This document shows, piece by piece, positions 49,254-58,946 of a stretch of 64,000 nt of DNA. Source of the DNA: Candidatus Coatesbacteria bacterium (GTDB lineage: Bacteria > RBG-13-66-14 > B26-G2 > WVWN01 > G020348885); the NCBI GenBank assembly GCA_020348885.1, contig CP070755.1, positions 1,630,689 to 1,694,688 of the forward strand, given 5' to 3'. The position numbers and the translations under genes were made by a program. Position 1 is the stretch's first letter; each line of letters begins with the position of its first letter. The notes under the pieces are model-generated. The model did no database searches and had not been told where the DNA came from. It was given only the letters and a program-made list of their open reading frames with translations.

Positions 49254-49979
49254 ATGAGATATATACCAGTATTGACGGCGGTCTTTATATTGTTCGTTTT
49301 TTCGGCGGCGGTCTTCGCGGCCAAACAGATGGCCCGCGAAACGGCGCCGGCCCGACCCCTGGACGACGAAACCCGCACGAACTCGAAAGAGTTCGCGTGG
49401 GCGACGGGCGATGCCACGGGCCACGGCGCGCCCAGCTGGATGGGCGACCCCAACTACTGGGGAAACGCCGAGTGCGCTATATACTACAACGACATCGGTA
49501 TTGACGTCACCCTTTCGACTATACGTTTTATGTGCACCAACGACGATACCGACTCCAGCTATTGGGGCGTCAACACCGCAGTAACCGGCTATCACGACAC
49601 GGCGAGTTTGGAAAGCATCTATATATCCGAGTGGTCGATAAGCGGGTTTTATACGCCGGCCGAGGGATATACGGGCTTGCCGCCGACGCTGTGGACCGAA
49701 GTTACGCCGGGGGGATACGTAATAATCATATCCGACGGTTCGTACTTCGCCGTGGCGTACGGCCTGGACGAGGACGAGACGGCCGACGGTTCGTTGGGTC
49801 TTACCAACGAAGCCGGCGACCGTTATACCTACAGCGTCTACGCCGGCGCCTGGGACTGGGACCAGGACCCGACCAACCTGGACCCGGGGACCGCGGTGTT
49901 GAACGCGGTCGTCACCTACGACCACGTTGACGCCGTATCGACTACGAGTTACGGTGAGATAAAAGCGCTGTTCAAGTAA
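49254..49979 (+). CDS. Secreted hypothetical protein with C-terminal SYGEIKALFK motif
   Basis: Signal peptide (VFA); beta-rich acidic body; ends STTSYGEIKALFK. Confidence 0.8.
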   Translation: MRYIPVLTAVFILFVFSAAVFAAKQMARETAPARPLDDETRTNSKEFAWATGDATGHGAPSWMGDPNYWGNAECAIYYNDIGIDVTLSTIRFMCTNDDTDSSYWGVNTAVTGYHDTASLESIYISEWSISGFYTPAEGYTGLPPTLWTEVTPGGYVIIISDGSYFAVAYGLDEDETADGSLGLTNEAGDRYTYSVYAGAWDWDQDPTNLDPGTAVLNAVVTYDHVDAVSTTSYGEIKALFK

Positions 49980-50100
49980 AATAGCATGGTCGGGTTCCGG
50001 TGAAATAACCATAAAAACGGGCGCGGGGTAAACCGCGCCGTTTCTTATATTACCAGATAATCAGCGGTAATTAGCCGCGGACGTTAACCGCATCCGCTTT

Positions 50101-50862
50101 TTATCCCGACCCGACCAGGGCCCCCAACGATTTTAACGCACGAAGCTCGATATCCGTATGGTATCTCAGGTGGGCCAGGAGAAAAGACGTAATCTGGGCG
50201 GCGGCGCCGGACGCTATTTTCACCCGCGAGAGTTTGGCCGCCGGAACCTCCGACAGGAACAACAATAAGTTGTAAGCTCCGGGTTTCAGCACTACCCCAT
50301 CTCCGAAACCGGACGCACACTTGTCGCAGACGATGGCGCCGTCGGCGGGCGAGAACGTCACCGCGCCGGCGGGCCGGACGGTCCCGCAGCCCTTGCAGGT
50401 AATAAGCTCCGGCCGAAAGCCGACGCCGGACGCGAGGTGTAGCAAGTAATGCCCCAGAACCAGCCGGGGCGACGTCCCGGTCCCGAGAGCGTCGAGGGCG
50501 CCCCCGAGGACTCGGACAGACCGGGGGTCCGGATCCAATTCCCGGGTCAATTTGTCGGCCGCTTCGACGCAGGCGAGACCGTAAACCAACCTGGGCGCGT
50601 CTTCCCGGACCCGCTGGTACGACCTGACGATGTCGGCCTCGCTTAACGTATACAGGTCCTTCGCTTCGCGGTAGTAAAATACGTACTCGCCCAGCGTAAG
50701 CGGCTCGAGGGCCGCGCCGAACTTGCTCTTTGGGCGCCGGGCGCCCTTCGCGAGAAGCTGGACTTTCCCCTTGCGATACGTATAGACGACTACGACCCGG
50801 GAGGTCTCGCCGAAATCCCGGCGCTTGAGTACGACGCCCTCTGTGCGTATTATCTCGCGCAT
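50101..50862 (-). CDS. recO: DNA repair protein RecO
   Basis: EGVVL.RRDFGETSRVV, AKGARRPKSKF, LEP, Zn motif CxxC...CxxC. Confidence 0.95.
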   Translation of the reverse strand: MREIIRTEGVVLKRRDFGETSRVVVVYTYRKGKVQLLAKGARRPKSKFGAALEPLTLGEYVFYYREAKDLYTLSEADIVRSYQRVREDAPRLVYGLACVEAADKLTRELDPDPRSVRVLGGALDALGTGTSPRLVLGHYLLHLASGVGFRPELITCKGCGTVRPAGAVTFSPADGAIVCDKCASGFGDGVVLKPGAYNLLLFLSEVPAAKLSRVKIASGAAAQITSFLLAHLRYHTDIELRALKSLGALVGSG

Positions 50863-51070
50863 CGCTAACGAAATCCCGTTACCGTAAATCAGCTCGGTTA
50901 AAGTATATATGAACTAACGCGATCCTAAAAGGTATTTTTCGATTCAACCAATTCAGCCCGGCGTTGTCGAAAGGTCGGTACGACGGGTTTTCGTTTGACA
51001 CCACCATTCCCGTTTGGTAAGATACCGGCGCGTAAGTAAACGGCTCCGTATTATATCGGAGGTTGCGATA

Positions 51071-51793
51071 ATGAACAAGAAAACGATAATCATCCTAGCG
51101 ACCGTTTTAACGGTAATTTCGGCGTACGCCGCGCCGTTCAAAACCGGCGAGAATCTGGAGTTTACCATCTCCTGGAACGAGTTGGTCAAGGCCGGAACCG
51201 CGTCCCTGAAGGTCCAGGGCGTCAAGATGTTCAACGGCCATAAAGTATACCACATAGTCTCGACGGCCCAATCCGGCGAGTACTTGGACTCGTTCTTCTA
51301 CGTTCGGGATAGGATAGAGTGCTACATAGATACCGAAACGTACGCGACCTGGAAGGCCGAGAAACACCTGGTCGAAGGCGATTACCGGAACGACGAAGTT
51401 ATCTACTACGACCCCGAGGAACGCACCGCCGTCCGCGGCACCAACGTGATGCGAGCGTTACCCAACGCCATGGACGCGCTGACCGGGTTCTATTACGTTC
51501 GCACGCTGGACCTCAACGTCGGCGAGAACGTCTCGGTCAACTTCTGCGACGGCAAAATCAACAAAGAGTTGACCGTTAAGGTCTTGAAAAAAGAAACGGT
51601 TGAGGTACCGGCCGGGACCTTCGATACGATTAAAATCGAACCTATAATGGACGAGACCGAGGGCATATTCAAGGCCGAGGGGCGTATCTGGATTTGGGTC
51701 ACCGACGACGCGAAAAAGATGCCGGTGATGCTCAAGTCCAAAATCGTCATAGGCGACTTCGTGGTGGAGCTCGAAGAATATACGCTAAGTTAG
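51071..51793 (+). CDS. DUF3108-like secreted protein
   Basis: Signal peptide; PF..GE.L, FFYVRD, E.VEVPAGTFDT, IWVTDD..KMPV. Confidence 0.8.
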   Translation: MNKKTIIILATVLTVISAYAAPFKTGENLEFTISWNELVKAGTASLKVQGVKMFNGHKVYHIVSTAQSGEYLDSFFYVRDRIECYIDTETYATWKAEKHLVEGDYRNDEVIYYDPEERTAVRGTNVMRALPNAMDALTGFYYVRTLDLNVGENVSVNFCDGKINKELTVKVLKKETVEVPAGTFDTIKIEPIMDETEGIFKAEGRIWIWVTDDAKKMPVMLKSKIVIGDFVVELEEYTLS

Positions 51794-51818
51794 CAAGTCG
51801 TATGCACAACGTCAAAGA

Positions 51819-51841
51819 GGCCGGTTCCACCGGCTTTTTTT
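51819..51841 (+). terminator. Intrinsic terminator
   Basis: GCCGG-TTCCA-CCGGC followed by T7. Confidence 0.8.
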
Positions 51842-51899
51842 ATAGGAAAACGGTTGCGAACGGGCGGTAAAAACATTATCTTTATTCAGAGGTTACACT

Positions 51900-52838
51900 A
51901 TGGGCGACGAAAAACCGGATTTCACGAACGTAAAAACCTACCCGTTCGCGGAGCGGGAGAATCTCGTTACCGTCGATATGTTCGGGCGAGTCCCCGACGA
52001 CCCGGCGGCTCTACTTCCCTTCTACGAATCGTTACCCGACGTCCTTGCAGCCCGGGACTTGAGAAAACTCGCCGCGGCGATAACCTCCGCCCGAGACCGT
52101 AGCCGGGGGATCATCCTCTCGCCCGGCGGGCACGTCGCGAAGGTAGGGGTTACGCCGTACCTCGGCGCGCTCCTCGAAAAAGGGTTTATTACTCACGTCG
52201 CTTGTAACGGCGCCTTCCTCATCCACGACTACGAGTTGGGGCGTTTCGGCGCCACCAGCGAGGACGTTGCCGCGACTCTCCCGGATGGGCGTTTCGGCCT
52301 TTGCGAGGAGACCGGTGCGGCCCTTAACGAGTTCGCGGTGAAGGCCGCGGCCGACGGCGTATCCGTCGCACAGCTGGCCGGAGAAGATATCGCGGCCAAC
52401 GGAACCCATCCCGACGCGAGTTTACTGGCCCGGGCCGCGGCCGCCGACGTCCCGGTAACCGTTCACGTATGCCTGGGCGCCGACGTAATCCATCAACACC
52501 CGGTTTGCAACGGGGCGGCCTGGGGCGCTTCTACTATGGCCGACTTCCGCGCGTTGTGCGAAGCGGTGAAAACGCTTAATGATGGCGGCGTCTTCGTAAA
52601 CGTCGGCTCGGCCGTCGTAATGCCCGAGGTCTTCGTCAAAGCGCTCAACCTGGTTCGGAACGTCGCGCCGCCGGTGGACGGTTTCACGACGGCAAACCTG
52701 GACTTCATACAACACTACCGCCCCCGGCAAAACGTCCTTTCGCGCCCCGTTTCCGGCGGCGACGGTATCGCTGTAACCGGCCACCACGAGATTATGATAC
52801 CGCTATTGGCATGTCTGGTGTTAGCCGGCGCCGGTTAA
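51900..52838 (+). CDS. Conserved hypothetical protein, distantly deoxyhypusine-synthase-like
   Basis: GGHVAKVG, IHDYE, SEDV...L.DG.FG..EET, NVGSAVVMPEVF.KAL, HYRP, GHHEIM.PL. Confidence 0.6.
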   Translation: MGDEKPDFTNVKTYPFAERENLVTVDMFGRVPDDPAALLPFYESLPDVLAARDLRKLAAAITSARDRSRGIILSPGGHVAKVGVTPYLGALLEKGFITHVACNGAFLIHDYELGRFGATSEDVAATLPDGRFGLCEETGAALNEFAVKAAADGVSVAQLAGEDIAANGTHPDASLLARAAAADVPVTVHVCLGADVIHQHPVCNGAAWGASTMADFRALCEAVKTLNDGGVFVNVGSAVVMPEVFVKALNLVRNVAPPVDGFTTANLDFIQHYRPRQNVLSRPVSGGDGIAVTGHHEIMIPLLACLVLAGAG

Positions 52839-52875
52839 CGGCGTTTTGAAAAACGAAATCGGGCAGTTTTTTCGC

Positions 52876-52904
52876 TTGACCCGCGACCGTTTTTTTGATA
52901 TATA
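52876..52904 (+). promoter_or_regulatory. Sigma70-type promoter upstream of pstC
   Basis: TTGACC-N17-TATATA with extended -10 TG. Confidence 0.65.
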
Positions 52905-52977
52905 AGCGGGCGATTTCGATGGGTACAGGCGGACCCTATACGTATCGACCCGTTAGGTTCAGAAAATAACGGACCCG

Positions 52978-53004
52978 AAGCTCCCGTGTTGGAGCTTTTT
53001 TTTT
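52978..53004 (+). terminator. Intrinsic terminator between that promoter and pstC
   Basis: AAGCTCC-CGTGTT-GGAGCTT followed by T7. Confidence 0.85.
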
Positions 53005-53021
53005 AACTCAAACGTAGGCCA

Positions 53022-54083
53022 TTGATATTTAAATTCCCTAAACTGAAACGAGGGTTTCTCTTTGCCGCTCCGTACCTGGCGGGCTTACTCTCGATGGCGT
53101 TCAGCTACGCCGACCCGGGCGTCATCGGTTGGTTCATGTGGTACGGCGGTATCGCTTTGATGGTAGTAGTAACGTTCGCGAAGATACTACCGAAAATCAT
53201 CCCCCAGAAGGTTCGAGAGAAGACCATCGATATCTTTATAATAGCCACAGGCTACTCGTCCATCGTCGCGATATTCCTTATCTTCTTTTTTATCTTCAAG
53301 GAAGGTTTTACGGCATTCGTGGACATCCCGCTGGCCGACCTCTTCGGCGGTAAAATCTGGCAACCCAATTCCATAGTCCCCAAATACGGATTACTCCCCC
53401 TCATTAACGGGACGCTACTCGTAACCGGATTGACCGCCGTCATATCGGTACCAATCGGCGTGGGGACGGCAGTCTATATCTCGGAGGTCGCGGGGCGGCG
53501 TGAGAAGGAGATAATTAAACCGGCGATAGAACTCCTGGCCGGAATACCTTCGGTTATATACGGCCTATTGGGTATGGTCATTCTGGGTGACCTTATCCCG
53601 GCTATTACCGGGACGCCTTTCCGCCTGAACGCGCTCAACGGCGCCATAGTCCTCTCGGTAATGTTGATGCCGACTATCGCAAGTATCGCCGAAGATGCGA
53701 TACACAATGTACCGCGGACTTACAGAACCGCCGCGGCGGCGATGGGCGCCACGCGCTTCGAACGCATCACCCGGGTCATCCTCCCGGCCGCGGCGTCGGG
53801 CATCGCCGCGGCGGTTCTTTTGTCGGTGGCCCGTACCCTCGGCGAGACGATGGCGGTCTTGCTGGCGACCGGGAACGCGGCACAGTTGACCGCCAACCCA
53901 CTGGCGTCGGTCCGGACGATGACCGCCAACATCGCCATAGAGATGGGCGAAGTGCCCTTCGGCAGCACCCATTACCACGCGCTCTTCGCGATAGGCGTGG
54001 TGCTGTTCACGATAACTTTCCTCGTGAACTTCGCCGCCGATACGGTGCTGACACGGTTTGCGAAGAAAGTGGGAAAAGAATAA
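53022..54083 (+). CDS. pstC: Phosphate ABC transporter permease PstC (with extra N-terminal TM segments)
   Basis: YGLLPLI.GT, ELLAGIPSVIYG, ARTLGETMAV, HYHALFAIG. Confidence 0.95.
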   Translation: MIFKFPKLKRGFLFAAPYLAGLLSMAFSYADPGVIGWFMWYGGIALMVVVTFAKILPKIIPQKVREKTIDIFIIATGYSSIVAIFLIFFFIFKEGFTAFVDIPLADLFGGKIWQPNSIVPKYGLLPLINGTLLVTGLTAVISVPIGVGTAVYISEVAGRREKEIIKPAIELLAGIPSVIYGLLGMVILGDLIPAITGTPFRLNALNGAIVLSVMLMPTIASIAEDAIHNVPRTYRTAAAAMGATRFERITRVILPAAASGIAAAVLLSVARTLGETMAVLLATGNAAQLTANPLASVRTMTANIAIEMGEVPFGSTHYHALFAIGVVLFTITFLVNFAADTVLTRFAKKVGKE

Positions 54084-54169
54084 ATCGTCCGCGTACAGAT
54101 ATTCCGATGGACGCGGCGCGCTGGTTAATGTAAAATGACCGGTCTTTTACGAGCAAAAGGAGAAACGCG

Positions 54170-54991
54170 ATGGGCGAACCGCTGCCCGATGTAATAGACC
54201 GGGTCAAGAAGTCGATAGTCGAGATAAAGCTGGAGGACAGCGCCGGCACCGGCGTCATAGTGGACCCCGCCGGGATTGTCGTAACGAACCGGCACGTTAT
54301 CGGGAACAGACGTACCGTAACGATACGGGACGCCGGCGGTAACGAATTCGAGGGCAAAGTCGTTCGGTCCGACGGAAACATAGATTACGCGATTATAAAG
54401 GCAGATATACCGGACGCTGACGCCGTCACCCTTAGCAAAGACCAGGTCCGTGAAGGTATGACGGTCGTCGCGATAGGTCATCCGCTGGGGCTGGATTTCA
54501 CGGTAACCAAGGGCATAGTCAGCTCCGCCAAACGGACGATGCACAACGTGGACTACATACAGACCGACGTAGCCATAAACCCGGGGAATAGCGGAGGACC
54601 GCTTATAAACGAAGAGGGCGAGGTAGTCGGTATAAACTCGTGGACCCGCACCGACGCCCAAAACGTAGGGTTCGCAATACCCGTCTCCTATATCGAAGAA
54701 GCGCTGGCCGAAGTCCTCCCGAACCTGGATAAGCTCGACGAAATGTACTACTGCAACGTCTGCGGCTGGCTTTCGGAGAAGAAGGAAAAGTACTGCGAAC
54801 ACTGCGGCGTTCGTACCGAGAAACCAGAGGACAAACCGGCTGAAGCCGAGACGACCGAGGAACCGGGGACGGCGGAGGGCGAGGAAAAGACGGCACCGAC
54901 GGCCGACGGCCAACGGATTTGTGACGTTTGCGGAACCGCTAACGTCGAGTACGCTAAATTCTGTAAGAAGTGCGGTAAAAAATTCGGTTAA
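54170..54991 (+). CDS. Cytoplasmic trypsin-like (S1C) serine protease with C-terminal zinc ribbons, no PDZ
   Basis: TNRHV, DYA, QTDVAINPGNSGGPL catalytic triad; four CxxC pairs; no signal peptide. Confidence 0.9.
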   Translation: MGEPLPDVIDRVKKSIVEIKLEDSAGTGVIVDPAGIVVTNRHVIGNRRTVTIRDAGGNEFEGKVVRSDGNIDYAIIKADIPDADAVTLSKDQVREGMTVVAIGHPLGLDFTVTKGIVSSAKRTMHNVDYIQTDVAINPGNSGGPLINEEGEVVGINSWTRTDAQNVGFAIPVSYIEEALAEVLPNLDKLDEMYYCNVCGWLSEKKEKYCEHCGVRTEKPEDKPAEAETTEEPGTAEGEEKTAPTADGQRICDVCGTANVEYAKFCKKCGKKFG

Positions 54992-55006
54992 CCGGGAAGA
55001 ACGGAT

Positions 55007-55441
55007 ATGGCTGAAACAAAACCGATAGACTTGGAGAAGTATAAAAAGATAATCGCCGAAGTCGTACGCGATATCGGCCTTAACCCGGACGAGTGCTACA
55101 ACGAGCAGGGGAATTACTGGACACTGTTAAAAGGTTCGGCGGAGGTCAACATCTACCTCTATACGATAGACCGGCCCGGCGAACCGCCGGAGTGGTACAT
55201 CGAGTTTTCTTCGCCGGTGATGCAGATCCCGTCGACATACTTATTGGCTTTCTACCGGCGATTACTCGAGGAGAACGCGCAACGTATCGCGCTCAAATTC
55301 GCTTTGAGAGAGGATACCGTCTGGGTGGAGATAACACGGGAGCTTGAGGGACTCAGCTTCGACGAATGTCGCCGCAATCTAACGCGTATCGGTGAAACCG
55401 CCGACGAACTGGACGATATACTCAAGGAAGAGTTCCAATAA
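55007..55441 (+). CDS. YbjN/T3SS-chaperone-like protein 1
   Basis: W.L.KGSA.V, FYRRLLEEN, ADELDDILKEEF. Confidence 0.75.
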   Translation: MAETKPIDLEKYKKIIAEVVRDIGLNPDECYNEQGNYWTLLKGSAEVNIYLYTIDRPGEPPEWYIEFSSPVMQIPSTYLLAFYRRLLEENAQRIALKFALREDTVWVEITRELEGLSFDECRRNLTRIGETADELDDILKEEFQ

Positions 55442-55459
55442 CCGCGAAAGGAGTTTTCG

Positions 55460-55897
55460 ATGGCTAACGACTTCGACCTCACGCCTTACCGGGAAATGGT
55501 ACGGGAGATGCTCACCGGCGTCGGGTTGGACCCGGACGAGTGCTACGTAGCCGACGGCGACTACTGGACGGCGACGAAAGGTACGGCGCCTATATATATC
55601 GGTTTTTTCCACATCCACTACGACGACGGGACCGTGGACTGGTACATGTACGTCTCAGGGTTTCTCGCGGCGGTTCCGGCCGAAAACCGGGAAGCGTTCT
55701 ACCGCACGTTGCTCGAGGAAGCGGCTACAAGGGTCGGCGTAAAGTTCTACATCGGCGAGCAGGACGAAGCATGGGTCGAGATATCCCGCGAGTTGGTCGG
55801 ACTAGACGTGGAAGAAGCAACCCGGAATATGCACCGTGTCGCGAACACGGCCGACGAGTTGGACGACATTCTGAAATCCCGGTTCGGCGCCCAATAA
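55460..55897 (+). CDS. YbjN/T3SS-chaperone-like protein 2 (paralog)
   Basis: GLDPDECY, FYRTLLEE, WVEISREL, ADELDDILKSRF. Confidence 0.75.
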   Translation: MANDFDLTPYREMVREMLTGVGLDPDECYVADGDYWTATKGTAPIYIGFFHIHYDDGTVDWYMYVSGFLAAVPAENREAFYRTLLEEAATRVGVKFYIGEQDEAWVEISRELVGLDVEEATRNMHRVANTADELDDILKSRFGAQ

Positions 55898-56014
55898 GCA
55901 CCGGGGATATAGAATAGAATCACGTTAAATTGAACCGCGTACCAGATGGGGAAAGCCCCCAGTCCGCGGCCCCGGTAAACGCCGGCGTATAAACGTCGAA
56001 GGTAACGAAACCTT

Positions 56015-56905
56015 ATGACAACCGTCGATATAGCGTCTCTCCGCCCGAAGAAGAGTAGGTTCGTGGTAAACGCGGTCGCGAAATGGGTTTTTCGCGCTAT
56101 GGCGTACCTTATAGTCGCGGTGCTGGCGGGCATCATCGGGTACGTATTCTACCGTGGCGTCGGCGTATTGAGTCTATCTTTCCTTATCGAACCACCCAGG
56201 CACGGGATGACCGAAGGCGGTATCTCAACGTGTATATACGGTACCCTCGCGTTGTTAATACTTACAACCGCGATAGCTGTGCCCCTGGGCGTGGGCGCCG
56301 CCGTGTATCTTAATGAATACGCCGGACATACTAGACGCGCGAGGGCCGTTCGCGCCGCCGTAAACAACCTCGCCGGCGTACCTTCGATCGTCTTCGGGTT
56401 ATTCGGACTGGGCTTCTTCGTTATATTTTTACAAATAGGCGCTTCCCTACTGGCGGCGTCGCTGACCCTCTCGGTCATGATACTCCCGATAATTATAGTC
56501 GCGACCCAAGAAGCGCTGAAGGGGATACCGAACTATTTCCGCGAAGCCTCGTACGCGCTGGGGGCAACCCGGTGGCAAACGACATCGCGGACCGTCCTAC
56601 CCCTTTCGGTTTCCGGGATAATTACCGGCGTTATACTCTCGGTCGGACGGGTCGCAGGCGAGACCGCGCCCCTACTCTTTACCGGCGCCGCGTTCTACTT
56701 GCCGTACATACCTGAACACCCGAAGCGGCAATTTATGGAACTCTCTTACCACATATTCGCGATGGCGACCCAGTCGATCGACATACGCAAGACGATGCCG
56801 ATCACCTTCGGGACCACCTTCGTCCTGCTGGCCCTCGTATTCGGCTTCAACCTTATAGGGATAATCTACCGCATGCGGGAAAGGAGTAAACGGGAGAGTT
56901 GGTGA
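56015..56905 (+). CDS. pstA: Phosphate ABC transporter permease PstA
   Basis: [41 protein letters not shown]. Confidence 0.96.
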   Translation: MTTVDIASLRPKKSRFVVNAVAKWVFRAMAYLIVAVLAGIIGYVFYRGVGVLSLSFLIEPPRHGMTEGGISTCIYGTLALLILTTAIAVPLGVGAAVYLNEYAGHTRRARAVRAAVNNLAGVPSIVFGLFGLGFFVIFLQIGASLLAASLTLSVMILPIIIVATQEALKGIPNYFREASYALGATRWQTTSRTVLPLSVSGIITGVILSVGRVAGETAPLLFTGAAFYLPYIPEHPKRQFMELSYHIFAMATQSIDIRKTMPITFGTTFVLLALVFGFNLIGIIYRMRERSKRESW

Positions 56906-57657
56906 AGAATAAGGTCACGTATAAAGAATTCAAGTTCTGGTACGGTGACTTCCAGGCGCTTTTCGACATCGACATGGGAGTGCCCGAGAACAGCGTGGTC
57001 GCGATTATAGGCCCGTCGGGCTGCGGGAAGTCGACGTTGATAAAGTCGGTAAACCGGATAGCGGAACTGGACGCCGACGTGCGTACAGCCGGTGAAATAA
57101 TACTCGACGACGAAAACATATGCGAAGACGACGTCGACCTCGTAACGCTCAGGCGCCGGGTCGGGATGGTATTCCAACGGCCGAACCCGTTCCCGAAGTC
57201 GATATACGATAACGTCGCCTTTGGTCCACGCCTATTCGGCATTAGAGACCGGTCGAAACTAGACGAAATCGTCGAACGGTCTTTGAAGCGCGCGGCCCTG
57301 TGGAAAGAGGTCGAGGACCGGCTCCGGGAGTCCGCGCTACGCCTGTCCGGCGGACAGCAACAGCGACTCTGTATCGCGCGGGCGCTTTCGGTGGAACCGG
57401 AAGTCCTTCTAATGGACGAGCCGGCGTCGGCCCTGGACCCTACATCCACTCAGTATATCGAGGATCTGATCTTCGAACTGAAGGAGAACTACACCATAAT
57501 CATCGTAACCCATAACATGCAACAAGCGGCCCGCATCAGCGACTGGACCGCGTTTATGCTCCACGGCCGCATCGAGGAATTCAACGACACCGAACAAATA
57601 TTCACGCGCCCGGACAAGGAGATTACCGAGGACTATATCACGGGGCGTTTCGGGTAA
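56902..57657 (+). CDS. pstB: Phosphate ABC transporter ATP-binding protein PstB
   Basis: [53 protein letters not shown]. Confidence 0.98.
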   Translation: MKNKVTYKEFKFWYGDFQALFDIDMGVPENSVVAIIGPSGCGKSTLIKSVNRIAELDADVRTAGEIILDDENICEDDVDLVTLRRRVGMVFQRPNPFPKSIYDNVAFGPRLFGIRDRSKLDEIVERSLKRAALWKEVEDRLRESALRLSGGQQQRLCIARALSVEPEVLLMDEPASALDPTSTQYIEDLIFELKENYTIIIVTHNMQQAARISDWTAFMLHGRIEEFNDTEQIFTRPDKEITEDYITGRFG

Positions 57658-57677
57658 TATAATTACGAGGAGCCGCG

Positions 57678-58364
57678 GTGGCGGAAAGACACTTCCATGA
57701 AGAACTCGAAGAGGTTAACGATCTGTTACTCGCGATGAGTAGCCTGGTGGTCGAGATATTCGACGATACGCTGGAGAGTTTTCTGGAGAACGACGCGGCG
57801 CGCGCGAAAAAGCTGTTGGACGATAGAGGTCGCGTCGATAGCCTGGAAATCGCGGTAGAGGAGCGGTGCCTTTCGATGATCGCACGGCACCAGCCCGTCG
57901 CGATAGACTTGCGTAACATTATCACCGCGATAAACATAATCCGCGACCTGGAGCGGATCGACGACATCGCGATGGATATGTGCGAAGAGATTCTGGATTT
58001 GGGCGACCTCCCGAGGCCCGACGGGATGTTCCATATACCGGCTCTCGCCGAAGCGGTGAAGGAAATGCTCCACGATTCGGTCCGGGCGTTCGTTGCGCGG
58101 GACCCGGATTGGGCAAGGGCGATCTGCGAACGGGACGACGTCATTGACGACCTGGAAAAGAGGTCGGAAGAGGATATAATCGAATTCACCAGAGAAAACC
58201 CCGATACATTCGAAACGATGCTGCGTTACCTGTCGGTAACTCACTCCCTCGAGCGAATCGGAGATCATTGTACAAATATCGGCGAAATGGTGGTATATTT
58301 AACCCAGGCGAAGATAATCAAACACCACTACGACGAGCAGGGCGGCGAAGAAGAAAACGAATAA
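57678..58364 (+). CDS. phoU: Phosphate signalling protein PhoU
   Basis: QPVAIDLR, DLERIDD, LERIGDHCTNIGE. Confidence 0.95.
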   Translation: MAERHFHEELEEVNDLLLAMSSLVVEIFDDTLESFLENDAARAKKLLDDRGRVDSLEIAVEERCLSMIARHQPVAIDLRNIITAINIIRDLERIDDIAMDMCEEILDLGDLPRPDGMFHIPALAEAVKEMLHDSVRAFVARDPDWARAICERDDVIDDLEKRSEEDIIEFTRENPDTFETMLRYLSVTHSLERIGDHCTNIGEMVVYLTQAKIIKHHYDEQGGEEENE

Positions 58365-58365
58365 G

Positions 58366-58902
58366 ATGTCCGAAAAGCCTTTAAACGTCGTACTCGACGC
58401 CGACGGAGCGGCCCGGGCGATAAAACGAATCGCCTCGGAGATATTGGAGCGGAACGAGGGCCCGGAAGGTCTCGCGGTCGTCGGGATAGAATCCGGCGGC
58501 GTGCCGCTTGCCCGGGGGATTACCGCCGAACTCGGCAAGAATTCCGCGGAAATCCCGATCGGTACGGTCGATATCACCCTTTACCGGGACGACTTCTCGC
58601 AAATAAGCGAGCTTCCGGTTATCGGCGAAACCAATATAAGCTTCCCGGTAGACGAACACAATATCATCCTCGTCGATGACGTCCTTTTCACGGGCCGGAC
58701 CGTCCGGGCCGCCATCGATAATATATACGACTTGGGACGCCCCCGGCGTATCCAACTCGCCGTACTCGCGGACCGGGGCGGCCGTGAGTTGCCGATTCAA
58801 CCCGACTTCCTCGGGAATACGGTCGAAGTCGCCGACGACGAATACCTCGACGTAGTTTATGACGACGACAAGGTCCGCGTGATGGTGTTTAAGAGAGAAT
58901 AA
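58366..58902 (+). CDS. pyrR: PyrR-family protein (UPRTase fold)
   Basis: DITLYRDD, LVDDVLFTGRT, GRP..IQLAVL.DRG.RELPI. Confidence 0.92.
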   Translation: MSEKPLNVVLDADGAARAIKRIASEILERNEGPEGLAVVGIESGGVPLARGITAELGKNSAEIPIGTVDITLYRDDFSQISELPVIGETNISFPVDEHNIILVDDVLFTGRTVRAAIDNIYDLGRPRRIQLAVLADRGGRELPIQPDFLGNTVEVADDEYLDVVYDDDKVRVMVFKRE

Positions 58903-58946
58903 ACTTGTATAAACCGCCCGGTCCGCCGAAAAAGGGAGAACGAACC

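Noticed and set aside
52840..53021. Pho box, and a missing pstS treated as a defect
   Set aside because: No CTGTCAT-type direct repeats seen; pstS is often encoded elsewhere and cannot be judged from one window.
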